A stretch of DNA of 63,022 nucleotides, counting the filler, from Coriobacteriales bacterium (lineage in GTDB: Bacteria > Actinomycetota > Coriobacteriia > Coriobacteriales > UBA8131), in the NCBI GenBank assembly GCA_031263105.1. It is 4 parts of 4 records of this genome, joined end to end, with 100 filler letters (N's around TTAATTAATTAA, not from the genome) between each part and the next. Parts side by side here need not be neighbours in the genome. Positions count along the whole stretch, not along the records: positions 16,180 to 26,856 come from JAISGJ010000181.1; positions 26,957 to 53,245 come from JAISGJ010000065.1; 2 more parts are not named here. One strand, given 5' to 3'. This document shows, piece after piece, positions 19,677 through 28,515 of this stretch. The notes under the pieces are model-generated. The model searched no databases, was not told the origin of the DNA, and saw only the letters and a list, made by a program, of their open reading frames with translations. Positions within the stretch are counted from its first letter, which is position 1. Every line of letters starts with the position of its first letter. The translations under genes were made by a program, and so were the position numbers.

Positions 19677-22445
19677 CTATCGCACCTTCTTCCAGTGCGC
19701 GTAGTACGTGACGGACTTTCTGACTTTCGTTGTGGCCCCCACCTTCTTGCCCTTGCTCTGGGCCTTGGCGGTGTACCAGCCGAGGAACTTGTAGCCCGTG
19801 CGCTTGGGGGCAGGGAGCTTGCCGAGCTTCGAGGCGTGGGACCTCTTGACGGAGGAGGCGGAGGCCTTGCCCACCTTGCCGAGCTTGTCCACCCTGCTCA
19901 CCTTGCCGCCGTTGGCGTTGAGCTTGACGGTGTAGGTGTTGGCCTTCCAGTGCGCGTAGAGCGTGACGTTCTTGGTGGCCTTCGTGGTGGTGACGACCTT
20001 CTCGCCCCTCACCTTGCCGGTGTACCAGCCGAGGAACTGGTAGCCGGTGCGCTTGGGGGCAGGGAGTTTGCCGAGCTTCGAGGCGTGGGACCTCTTGACG
20101 AACGTCGGCGCGGCCTTGTCCAGCCTGCCGCCGTTGGCGCTGAGCCTCACGGTGTAGGTGTTGGCCTTCCAGTGGGCCCAGTAGGTGGCATCCGCTTTGA
20201 CCACCATGTCGGCAGCGACCCGCATGCCGTCCGTCTTGGCTGTGTGCCAGCCGAGGAACTGGTGGCCGGTGCGGGACGCCGCAGGGAGTGCACCGAGGAC
20301 AGAGCCGTAGTCCGCCTTCACGGAAGCCGACACGGCATTGCCCACCTTGCCGCCGTTGGCGTCGAACAGCATCGTGTGGACGTTGGCCTTCCATTGCGCA
20401 TAGAAGGTCACATTGCTGGTGATCTTTGTTTGGCCGCCGACCCGTGTGCCGCCCGACGGTGCGGTGAACCAGCCTTGGAAACCGTATCCGCTGCGCGTGG
20501 GCATGCTGGGGAGACTCAAGGACGTGCCGTCCAGATACGACTGCTTCGAGGAGGCCCGTCCGTTCTGGCTGTCGAACGTGACGACGAACACGTCCACGTC
20601 CTGCGGCAGAACGGATCCCTCATGGAAGCGCTCGATGAGCGCACGGCGAGCCTCGGAGTCGGGGATGCGGTTGTGGATACAGTACAGATCGAACAGCGCA
20701 GGGTTCTTGCTCACATCCAATGCGGTGAGCTTGTTGCCGTAGCAGTACAGCACGGTCATTGCGACACAGTCGCTCACGTCCAAAGCAGTAAGGGCGTTGT
20801 TCTCGCAGCTCAGACCGAGCAGCAGGGAGCAGCCGCTCAGGTTCAGTGTGGTGATATCGTTACGACCGCAGCGCAACTGGGTCAGCGCTGCCTTGTTGCT
20901 CACGTCCAATGCAGTGAGCCGGTTGCCGCCACAAGACAGGTCCTTCAGCTGGGCGTTGCTTCCCACGTCCAGAGTGGCAAGGCTGTTGTTGGCGCAGAAC
21001 AGCCAGGTCAGTGCGGTGTTCTTGCTGACGTCAAGGGCGGCGATCCTGTTGTTGGCGCAGTCCAGGTTTGTCAGCGCAACGTTCTTGCCGACGTTCAGCG
21101 CGGCGAGCCTGTTCTCGTCGCAGCCCAGACGCTCCAGCGCGGTGTTGTTGCTTATATCCAACACTGTGAGGCTGTTCTCTGAGCAGACCAGAGAGAGCAG
21201 CGCGGTGTTGCTGCGCACGTCCAAGGAGGCGAGGCTGTTCTCCGAGCAGTTCAGGGATGTCAGGGCGGTGTTGCTGCTCAGATCCAAGGAGACGAGGCTG
21301 TTCAAGGAGCAATTCAAGGATGCCAGCGCGGTGTTACCCCTCAGGTTCAGCACCGAGAGCTTATTGCTTGAGCAGTCCAGATGCTTCAGGTTGGTGCCGC
21401 AGTCCGCCACGTTCAAGGAAGTCAGATCACTGGAGGGCACAGAGAGGTAGACCACAGGCTCGGGCCGCTCGCCGAGGGTCGCGGGGACGACAACGGGCTC
21501 GGAGGGATCGCCCTCGTAGTCGACGACATAGGCCCCGTCCCCGTATCGGGCTGCGGTTCCGCTCCGAACCTCATAGACGAAGCCCTGCTCCACCTGCTCC
21601 TGCGGCAGAACCTTGCCCTCCCCGAACCGGGCGATGAGGGCATCACGGGCCTCGGAATCGGGGATACGGTTGTAGCGGAAGTCGGTCTGCCCCCTGGAAC
21701 CGCTCAGTGCCGTGCAGCCGCTCAAGTCAAGCTCGACAAGCTTGTTCCTGGAGCAGCTCAAGGTGGTCAGCACGGAGTTGTTGCCCAAGGTCAAGGTGGT
21801 GAGCGAACCGGTGGAGCAGAACAGCGAAGTCAGCGCGGTGTTGCTGCTCACGTCCAGCGTGGTGATGCCGCTACGGGAGCAGGTCAGGCCGGTCAGCGCG
21901 GTGTTGTTGCTCAGGTCCAGTGCGGTGAGCCTGTTCATAGAGCAATCCAGGTAAATCAATTCGGTGTTCCTGCTCACGTCCAGCGTGGTAAGCCTGCTGT
22001 CGGAGCAATCCAGGTATTTCAGGTCGATGCCACAAGCCGTCACGTCCAAGGAGTGAGGACGGCCCTCTTGCCCGTCCACATGCTTCCAGGCCAACTTGAC
22101 GTAGACCACGGGCTCCTCGTCGAGGGTCGCAGGGACGACAACAGCTCGGGAGTCGCCTGCATAGCCAGTGATATAGATTCCGGGGCCGTAATCCACGCCT
22201 GCATCGCGAAACGCGTAAATGAAGCCCTCGGGGCTTACCTGCGTCGTTGCAGCCGCCCCAAGCGACGTTGCGGTCGCATCGAGCGCCCCGGACGTCTCGT
22301 TCGTCTCGGGCGGCTCGTTCGTCTCGGGCGGCATCACGTCCTCCTCCACACCGAAAGCCGCAGGCAGGCCGCTTAAGGACAAAGCCAGCACGACTGCCAG
22401 AGAGCCGACGAGGCCCTTGCGCAACGCCACCCGTACACGCATCAT
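19677..22445 (-). CDS. Surface LRR protein with four C-terminal InlB B-type (Flg_new) repeats
   Basis: Signal peptide similar to the first LRR gene; two LRR modules; FDxxGG..PxRxGYxFxGWYT..YAHW repeats. Confidence 0.9.
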   Translation of the reverse strand: MMRVRVALRKGLVGSLAVVLALSLSGLPAAFGVEEDVMPPETNEPPETNETSGALDATATSLGAAATTQVSPEGFIYAFRDAGVDYGPGIYITGYAGDSRAVVVPATLDEEPVVYVKLAWKHVDGQEGRPHSLDVTACGIDLKYLDCSDSRLTTLDVSRNTELIYLDCSMNRLTALDLSNNTALTGLTCSRSGITTLDVSSNTALTSLFCSTGSLTTLTLGNNSVLTTLSCSRNKLVELDLSGCTALSGSRGQTDFRYNRIPDSEARDALIARFGEGKVLPQEQVEQGFVYEVRSGTAARYGDGAYVVDYEGDPSEPVVVPATLGERPEPVVYLSVPSSDLTSLNVADCGTNLKHLDCSSNKLSVLNLRGNTALASLNCSLNSLVSLDLSSNTALTSLNCSENSLASLDVRSNTALLSLVCSENSLTVLDISNNTALERLGCDENRLAALNVGKNVALTNLDCANNRIAALDVSKNTALTWLFCANNSLATLDVGSNAQLKDLSCGGNRLTALDVSNKAALTQLRCGRNDITTLNLSGCSLLLGLSCENNALTALDVSDCVAMTVLYCYGNKLTALDVSKNPALFDLYCIHNRIPDSEARRALIERFHEGSVLPQDVDVFVVTFDSQNGRASSKQSYLDGTSLSLPSMPTRSGYGFQGWFTAPSGGTRVGGQTKITSNVTFYAQWKANVHTMLFDANGGKVGNAVSASVKADYGSVLGALPAASRTGHQFLGWHTAKTDGMRVAADMVVKADATYWAHWKANTYTVRLSANGGRLDKAAPTFVKRSHASKLGKLPAPKRTGYQFLGWYTGKVRGEKVVTTTKATKNVTLYAHWKANTYTVKLNANGGKVSRVDKLGKVGKASASSVKRSHASKLGKLPAPKRTGYKFLGWYTAKAQSKGKKVGATTKVRKSVTYYAHWKKVR

Positions 22446-22589
22446 GATAGTCTCCTTTTCTATCTCCTGCCAGTCTCCTCCTCCCTTTTGGAAAACGCCG
22501 AAACGTCGCCTGTGCCCAACGTGGCACACCGACGCGCACTCAGCACTTTTCCAGAACCACACGCTTTTGAAACCTCATACTGTAAAGAT

Positions 22590-22618
22590 AGTATATCATC
22601 TTCCTCCCTCACTGGCAA
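22590..22618 (-). promoter_or_regulatory. Sigma70 promoter of the second LRR gene
   Basis: Minus strand TTGCCA-N17-TATACT. Confidence 0.8.
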
Positions 22619-22646
22619 GAGGATATGCCACCCCTGTCGCCTGCTG

Positions 22647-22939
22647 GTCACTGATCGTTACTGTGTCCACACCCCCACTGACATCCCGCGCCTGCCGAGG
22701 GATCCTCGACCGCGCCCGCGGTCGACCGCAGGCCGAGAGGCCCCCTGACCTGCCGTTGGACACTGCGTGTCCAAGGATTCCTCGGCGGAGCTCGGAATGA
22801 CAGTGGGGGTGTGGACAGTAACCACTGATCCCCTCTGTCATTCTGAGCCTGTCAAGGATTCCTCGGCTCCGGCGCTGCCGGAGGCAGCGCCGGAGCCTGC
22901 CCTGAGCGCAGCCGAAGGGCTCGGGGTGTGGACAGCAGC
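22647..22939. mobile_element. Older degenerate MITE-like copy hosting the 22657 insertion
   Basis: Reconstructed left end GTCACTGATCCCCTCTGTCATTCTGAG; right end GGGGTGTGGACAGCAGC; flanks CCTGCTG / CTTGCTG. Confidence 0.55.
22657..22822. mobile_element. GTTAC/GTAAC MITE with 8-bp TSD CACTGATC
   Basis: TSD at 22649-22656 and 22823-22830; same core as other copies, opposite orientation to 19036. Confidence 0.92.
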
Positions 22940-23168
22940 CTTGCTGTCACTTGCGGCGCTTGCATGGATGCTGCTCACGGGACGCCCCTCCCACGAAGTG
23001 CCCCGCCCTTCTCGCCCCGCACTGACACCCCTCGCCCTGCACACCGTGCGCGCTGCGTGACAGATGTGCGGGGATACAGGATAATGGAGGGCATCTCCCT
23101 GCCCTTTGCAAGGAGCAGGGCCGTGTGCTGGTGGAGCGTCCATGGACGAGTGAGAGACAGGTACCCTG

Positions 23169-24485
23169 ATGCAGGATTCCCTTCCGTCGAGGCTGATAAG
23201 CGTCGAGGACGCACGGGCCACCGTGCTCGGGCATATACGGCAGATGCCCACCGAACGGGTGGCGCTCATCGAGAGCCACGGGCGCATACTCGCCCAGGAT
23301 GCGGCCAGCGACATCGACATCAGCCCCTTCGACAACAGCGCCATGGACGGCTTTGCCGTGCGCTTCGCGGACTTCGAGGCCGCAAGCGTGAGCGCGGACG
23401 CGCCCCTGACCCTCGACATCGTCGGCGTGATCGGGGCGGGCGCCGTCTACGAGGGCACCCTGCAGCAAGGACAGGCCCTGCGCATCATGACGGGTGCGCC
23501 CCTGCCCCAAGGCGCCGACACCGTCGTCAAAATCGAGGAGACGACCGTCGACGGCGCAGACGCCGGCTGTCCCGAAGGACGCCGGGTCGCCTTCAGGGCC
23601 ATGCCGCAGCGCGGCGAGCACATACGGCCCCGTGGCATGGAGGCCCGCAAGGGGGACGTGCTGCTCCGCGTGGGGGAGAGGATCAGCCCCCCGGGAGTCG
23701 GCCTGCTCGCCTCGACCGGCAATGCCGAGGTGCAGGTCTACCGCCGCCCCCGTGTGGCGATCCTTGCCACGGGCAACGAGCTGGTGGACGTGACCTCAGT
23801 GCCCGGGCCGGGCCAGATCCGCAACTCCAACAACTATGCGCTCGCCGCCGCCGTCATCGAGGCGGGCGGCATCCCCACCGTCATGCCCTCCGTCGAGGAC
23901 ACGCGCGAGGCGCTGGTCGAGGCGCTCCTGGCCGCCCTTGCCGCGCACGACTTCGTTGTCACGAGCGGCGGCGCGGCGGAAGGCGACTACGACTTCATCA
24001 CCCCCGTCGTCCGTCAGCTCGGCGAGCTGTTCTTCAACAAGGTCAACATGAGGCCCGGCAAGGCACAGACCTTCGGCATCATCGAAGGCACGCCCGTCTT
24101 CGGGCTGCCGGGCAACCCCGGTGCCGCGTTCGTGGGCTTCGAGGTGCTCGTCCGCCCTGCGCTGCGCTTCATGCAGGGCCTGCACGAGCTCGACCGCCCC
24201 TTCACCATGGCCGTCCTCACACAGGACGTCAAAAAGAAGGGAGAGGAGCGGCGGTGCTACCTGCGGGCCCGCCTTGAGCGGGGCGGCGGCGAGCGGGGCG
24301 AGGGCGAGCGGCAGGGCGGGGGCGGGACCTACTGCGTCACACCGGAGCCGAACCAGTCCTCTGCCCTCCTTGGTGCGCTCAACCGCAGCAACTGCCTCCT
24401 CGTGGTCCCGGAAGGCCCCGACCCCCTTGCCGTCGGCAGCCTTGCCTGCTGCCTGCGCCTCGACAGGGAGGAAGGCACGGTCTGA
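23169..24485 (+). CDS. moeA: Molybdopterin molybdenumtransferase
   Basis: SAMDGFA, IMTGAPLP, ATGNEL, TSGG, MRPGK and GLPGNP. Confidence 0.96.
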   Translation: MQDSLPSRLISVEDARATVLGHIRQMPTERVALIESHGRILAQDAASDIDISPFDNSAMDGFAVRFADFEAASVSADAPLTLDIVGVIGAGAVYEGTLQQGQALRIMTGAPLPQGADTVVKIEETTVDGADAGCPEGRRVAFRAMPQRGEHIRPRGMEARKGDVLLRVGERISPPGVGLLASTGNAEVQVYRRPRVAILATGNELVDVTSVPGPGQIRNSNNYALAAAVIEAGGIPTVMPSVEDTREALVEALLAALAAHDFVVTSGGAAEGDYDFITPVVRQLGELFFNKVNMRPGKAQTFGIIEGTPVFGLPGNPGAAFVGFEVLVRPALRFMQGLHELDRPFTMAVLTQDVKKKGEERRCYLRARLERGGGERGEGERQGGGGTYCVTPEPNQSSALLGALNRSNCLLVVPEGPDPLAVGSLACCLRLDREEGTV

Positions 24486-25492
24486 TGGGCATCGACCAGC
24501 ATGGGCGCACGATAGACTACCTGCGCATCTCCGTCACCGACCGTTGCAACCTCCGCTGTCTGTACTGTATGCCCGAGGAGGGCGTCGCTTGGAGGCCCCA
24601 CGACGCCATGCTCTCCTTGGAGGAGATTGCCCGCCTCGTCGCCATCGCCGCCAAGGAGGGCTTCTCGCGCATCCGCCTGACCGGCGGCGAGCCGCTGGTA
24701 CGCCTTGGCATCGTCGACCTGGTGCGCGACCTGTCGCAGACACCGGGCATCGAGCGGGTCGCCATGACCACGAACGGCATCCTGCTCCCCCGCTACGCCG
24801 ACGCGCTGCGCACGGCGGGCCTGAGCCGCGTGAACATCTCGCTCGACACGCTCGACCCCGCCCAGTTCACCCACATCACACGCTGGGGCAACATCGACGA
24901 CGTGTACCGTGGCATCGATGCGGCCCTCAAGACGGGCTTCGACCCCGTGAAAATCAACGCCGTCGTGGTGCGCAGCCTCGACCAGGACCTCCTCGCCTTC
25001 GCGCGGCTCTCCCTCGACCGTCCGCTGCACGTGCGCTTCATCGAGTACATGCCCGTGGGCGACCCTCAAGGCGAGGACGGGCTCGGCTGGACCCGGGCGG
25101 ACACCATCCCCAACGAAGAGCTCATACGCAGCCTCGACGCACGCGCCGAAGCGGCGGGGCTCGGCAGGCTCATGCCGCTTCACCAGGCCGCGAGGCCCGA
25201 GGGCTGGGGGCCTGCGCAGTACTATCAGTTCAAGGGCGCGCAAGGGACGGTGGGCTTCATCTCCGCCCTCTCACGCCACTTTTGCAGCGAATGCAACCGC
25301 CTGCGCATGACCGCAGAGGGCAAACTGCGTCCCTGCCTGTTCAGCGACCAGGAGTTCGACGTGAAGGATGCCCTGCGGACGGGCGATGACAGCGAGGTGC
25401 GGCGCGTCCTCGCCGAGGCCTTGGGCGCCAAGCCCGACGAGCACCACAGCCAGGTGGGCACCGAACGCCTGATGTCGCAGATCGGAGGATAG
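24485..25492 (+). CDS. moaA: GTP 3',8-cyclase
   Basis: [17 protein letters not shown] and C-terminal GG. Confidence 0.97.
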   Translation: MGIDQHGRTIDYLRISVTDRCNLRCLYCMPEEGVAWRPHDAMLSLEEIARLVAIAAKEGFSRIRLTGGEPLVRLGIVDLVRDLSQTPGIERVAMTTNGILLPRYADALRTAGLSRVNISLDTLDPAQFTHITRWGNIDDVYRGIDAALKTGFDPVKINAVVVRSLDQDLLAFARLSLDRPLHVRFIEYMPVGDPQGEDGLGWTRADTIPNEELIRSLDARAEAAGLGRLMPLHQAARPEGWGPAQYYQFKGAQGTVGFISALSRHFCSECNRLRMTAEGKLRPCLFSDQEFDVKDALRTGDDSEVRRVLAEALGAKPDEHHSQVGTERLMSQIGG

Positions 25493-25493
25493 T

Positions 25494-25988
25494 ATGGCAA
25501 ACACCCTGACGCATCTCGACGAGAAGGGCGCTGCCCGCATGGTGGATGTCGGCGCCAAGAGCAGCACCGTGCGCCTCGCGGTCGCCGAGGGCTTCATCGC
25601 CATGGCCCCCGCCACGCTTGCGATGATCGTCGAGGGCACGGCACCGAAGGGCGACGTGCTCGCCGTCGCACGGGTGGCGGGCATCATGGCGAGCAAGCAG
25701 ACCTCCGCACTCATTCCCCTGTGCCACCCGCTCAACATCACGAAGGCGGCCGTGGAGCTTGTGCCGGTGCCCGCAGGAGAGCGGGCGGACGGACGTGTGG
25801 GCATCCACGTGCAGGCCACACTCGGCGTCACCGGCCAGACGGGCATCGAGATGGAGGCGCTCACCGCCGCATCGGTCGCCTGCCTCGCCGTCTACGATAT
25901 GTGCAAGGCGGTGGACCGAGGCATGGAGATCGGCGAGGTGCGCCTGCTGCACAAATCCGGCGGCAAGAGCGGGTTGTGGGAGCGGTAA
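25494..25988 (+). CDS. moaC: Cyclic pyranopterin monophosphate synthase
   Basis: [25 protein letters not shown] and KSGGKSG. Confidence 0.97.
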   Translation: MANTLTHLDEKGAARMVDVGAKSSTVRLAVAEGFIAMAPATLAMIVEGTAPKGDVLAVARVAGIMASKQTSALIPLCHPLNITKAAVELVPVPAGERADGRVGIHVQATLGVTGQTGIEMEALTAASVACLAVYDMCKAVDRGMEIGEVRLLHKSGGKSGLWER

Positions 25989-25992
25989 GAAG

Positions 25993-26147
25993 GTTGCCGT
26001 CGCATCCTCACTGTCATTCCGAGTGCAGGAGCGAAGCTCCGGAACCGAGGAATCCTCGACAGTGGGGTGTCGGCAGCTCACTGTCATTCCGAGTGCAGGA
26101 GCGAAGCTCCGGAACCGAGGAATCCTCGACAGTGGGGTGTCGGCAGC
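25993..26147. repeat. MITE/REP-related element with an exact ~70-bp tandem duplication
   Basis: CTCACTGTCATTCCGAGTGCAGGAGCGAAGCTCCGGAACCGAGGAATCCTCGACAGTGGGGTGTCGGCAG x2. Confidence 0.85.
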
Positions 26148-26173
26148 ATAGAAAACGATAGGGAGAAACGGCC

Positions 26174-26644
26174 ATGGACGTCAGGTTCGCGATAGTCACG
26201 TGCTCGAGCACGCGCAGCTATGAGGAGGACACCGCAGGGGCGGCGCTGGAGGAGCGCATCCGTGCGAACGGCTGGACGCCGCTCGGCCGCGTCGTGGTGC
26301 CGGACGACCGCGCGCGCATAGGCGACGCCATCATCGAGGCGGCGGCCGAGGGTGCGGACATCGTGCTGACCTGCGGGGGCAGCGGGCTTTCGCAGGCGGA
26401 CGTGACGCCCGAGGCGACCGCAGACGTATGCGAGCGCAACGTCCCCGGCATCGCCGAGGCCATGCGGGCGACCTCGCTCAAGGTCACGGGGCGCGCCATG
26501 CTCTCACGCGCCGTCTGCATGCAACGCGGGAGCACCTTGGTCGTCAACCTCCCCGGAAGCCTCAAGGCGGCAACCGAGTGCTTCGACGCAGTCTACGAGC
26601 AGTTCGAGCACGCTGTCCAAATGACCGCCGGCGGAGGGCACTGA
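26174..26644 (+). CDS. mog: Molybdopterin adenylyltransferase (MogA/MoaB family)
   Basis: VVPDD, GGSG..DVTPEA, PGIAEAMR, AMLSR and NLPGS. Confidence 0.9.
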   Translation: MDVRFAIVTCSSTRSYEEDTAGAALEERIRANGWTPLGRVVVPDDRARIGDAIIEAAAEGADIVLTCGGSGLSQADVTPEATADVCERNVPGIAEAMRATSLKVTGRAMLSRAVCMQRGSTLVVNLPGSLKAATECFDAVYEQFEHAVQMTAGGGH

Positions 26645-26669
26645 GCGAGAACGCAGGGTTCGGCTGCGG

Positions 26670-26733
26670 TTGGCCGCTTCGCGGCCAAAGATCCTTCGAC
26701 TCCGGGGCTTCGCCCCTCCGCTCAGGATGACAG
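26670..26733. repeat. REP-like hairpin (GTCATCCTGAG type)
   Basis: AGATCCTTCGACTCCGGGGCTTCGCCCCTCCGCTCAGGATGACAG preceded by the TTGGCCGC/GCGGCCAA hairpin. Confidence 0.75.
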
Positions 26734-26737
26734 GGGG

Positions 26738-26856
26738 CACTCCTTCGGCGAGGGTAACGCTGACAAGATTCTTGCAGCCGCGAAACGCGCTTGAATCGAC
26801 GAGCTTGACGCTACCGGGGACGGTGACGCTGGTAAGCGCCGTACGCAGGAACGCCG
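26738..26856 (-). pseudogene. Fragment of a BspA-type (LRR_5) protein at the contig end
   Basis: Minus frame reads AFLRTALTSVTVPGSVKLVDSSAFRGCKNLVSVTLAEGV, then runs into the REP-like element. Confidence 0.6.
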
Positions 26857-26956
26857 NNNNNNNNNNNNNNNNNNNNNNNNNNNNNNNNNNNNNNNNNNNN
26901 TTAATTAATTAANNNNNNNNNNNNNNNNNNNNNNNNNNNNNNNNNNNNNNNNNNNN
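26857..26956. other. Artificial contig spacer
   Basis: N-TTAATTAATTAA-N. Confidence 0.98.
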
Positions 26957-26967
26957 GTGACCCCGAT

Positions 26968-27121
26968 GTTACTGAGGTCACACCCTCGCTGTCATTCCGA
27001 GCCTGCCGAGGGATCTTTGGCTGCGGAGCAGCCAACTGACCCTGTTGGACACTGCGTGTCCAAAGATTCCTCGGCGGAGCTCGGAATGACAGTGGGGTCT
27101 GTACAGTAACACCCCAGTAAC
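26968..27121. mobile_element. GTTAC/GTAAC MITE with 8-bp TSD ACCCCGAT
   Basis: TSD at 26960-26967 and 27122-27129; doubled right tip CAGTAAC-ACCC-CAGTAAC. Confidence 0.88.
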
Positions 27122-27149
27122 ACCCCGATTGTGCCGCGCCGCTCCCGGT

Positions 27150-27163
27150 CGAACAGATGTTTG
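27150..27163. promoter_or_regulatory. LexA (SOS/Cheo) box
   Basis: CGAACAGATGTTTG matches Gram-positive GAAC-N4-GTTY and overlaps the lexA -35. Confidence 0.85.
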
Positions 27164-27189
27164 ATTTTCTCTCCGGCATGCCCTATACT
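27161..27189 (+). promoter_or_regulatory. lexA sigma70 promoter
   Basis: TTGATT-N17-TATACT. Confidence 0.8.
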
Positions 27190-27228
27190 GTCTGAAGCCG
27201 CGATTACGGGGCGATGATTGGAGCAACG

Positions 27229-27915
27229 ATGACAGCCGATGCCGGACTATCCGAACGCCAGCAGGATATCCTCGACTTCCTTGAGGGGTTTATCGCAAAG
27301 AACGGGTACCCGCCCTCCGTCCGTGAGATAGGCGAGGCGGTCGGGCTCTCGTCGTCGTCCACCGTCCACTCGCACCTAAACACGCTCGAGAACAAGGGCT
27401 TCATCAGGCGTGACCCTTCCTCGGCACGCGCACTGACGATCACCGGGCAGGGCGGGAGGAGGGCGGGAGGCAGAAGGCCGTCCGAAGCGGAAGGCCATAG
27501 GGCGGACGGACAAGGAGCGTCCCTCGACCGCCTGCCGCGCAATGTGGTCGAGCTGCCCGTCGTCGGACGCGTTGCCGCCGGTGCGCCCATCCTTGCGGAG
27601 CAGAACGTCGAGGAGTCCTTCGTCCTGCCGACACAGGTGGTCGGCGACACGGGCTCCTTCCTCCTGACGGTCAAGGGCGAGTCCATGATAGAGGCGGGAA
27701 TCCTCGACGGCGACTACGTGGTGGTCAAAGAACAGCCGACGGCCAACAACGGGGAGATCGTGGTCGCGCTCCTCGACGACGAGGCGACCGTCAAGACCTT
27801 CTATCGGGAGCCGGACCGCATCCGCCTACAGCCCGAGAACCCGAACATGGCACCTATCTATACCCGTGACGTCACCATCCTTGGCAAGGTCATAGCACTG
27901 TTGAGGACGCTGTAG
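27229..27915 (+). CDS. lexA: SOS repressor LexA
   Basis: [16 protein letters not shown] cleavage site, GESM serine and ATVK lysine. Confidence 0.97.
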   Translation: MTADAGLSERQQDILDFLEGFIAKNGYPPSVREIGEAVGLSSSSTVHSHLNTLENKGFIRRDPSSARALTITGQGGRRAGGRRPSEAEGHRADGQGASLDRLPRNVVELPVVGRVAAGAPILAEQNVEESFVLPTQVVGDTGSFLLTVKGESMIEAGILDGDYVVVKEQPTANNGEIVVALLDDEATVKTFYREPDRIRLQPENPNMAPIYTRDVTILGKVIALLRTL

Positions 27916-27991
27916 CGAGGGAGGCGGGGGCGGCGTTCATGGACGGCAGAGGGGTGCAGAGGCAGAGGGGCGGAGAAGCGCAGGAGTCCGT

Positions 27992-28429
27992 ATGAAAGAG
28001 TTCGTCGAGGAGTTCAAGGAGTTCATCTCCCGTGGCAACGTCATGGATCTGGCGGTCGCCGTTATCGTGGGCGGTGCCTTCAGCGCCATCGTGAACTCGC
28101 TGGTCGGCGACCTGATAACCCCCTTGCTCTCCCTGTTCACCGGCGGCATCGACTTCGGCCACCTCGTGGTACGCCTCGGCGAGGGCGCAGGGGCGGCGGA
28201 GTTCCACTACGGCAACTTCATCCAGGCGCTCATCAACTTCCTCGTCATATCGTTCATAGTCTTCCTGTTCATAAAGGGCATCGGCAAGGTGCTCCGCCGC
28301 AAGAAAGACGAAGCGCCCCCCACCAAGGCCTGCCCCTTCTGTGCGCAGGACATCCCCGCAGCGGCCGTCCGCTGCCCCTCCTGCACCACGATCCTCGACG
28401 AGGACGCCGTCCCCCAGAACCTGCGATAA
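27992..28429 (+). CDS. mscL: Large-conductance mechanosensitive channel with C-terminal zinc ribbon
   Basis: EFKEFISRGNVMDLAVAVIVGGAF, YGNF; CPFC..CPSC tail. Confidence 0.95.
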   Translation: MKEFVEEFKEFISRGNVMDLAVAVIVGGAFSAIVNSLVGDLITPLLSLFTGGIDFGHLVVRLGEGAGAAEFHYGNFIQALINFLVISFIVFLFIKGIGKVLRRKKDEAPPTKACPFCAQDIPAAAVRCPSCTTILDEDAVPQNLR

Positions 28430-28515
28430 ACGGGCGGGCGGCGGGCGGAGCGGACAACAGGCAAGGCAGGCAGCGACAGGGCGGCGGGCGGGACAAGCAG
28501 CAGGACGGTCGCCCT

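Noticed and set aside
16180..22445. Diversity-generating retroelement or shufflon acting on the LRR genes
   Set aside because: No reverse transcriptase, no adenine-specific TR/VR pair and no recombinase in view.
22950..23168. Moco riboswitch upstream of moeA
   Set aside because: No recognisable conserved Moco RNA motif elements; an Rfam/Infernal scan would be needed.
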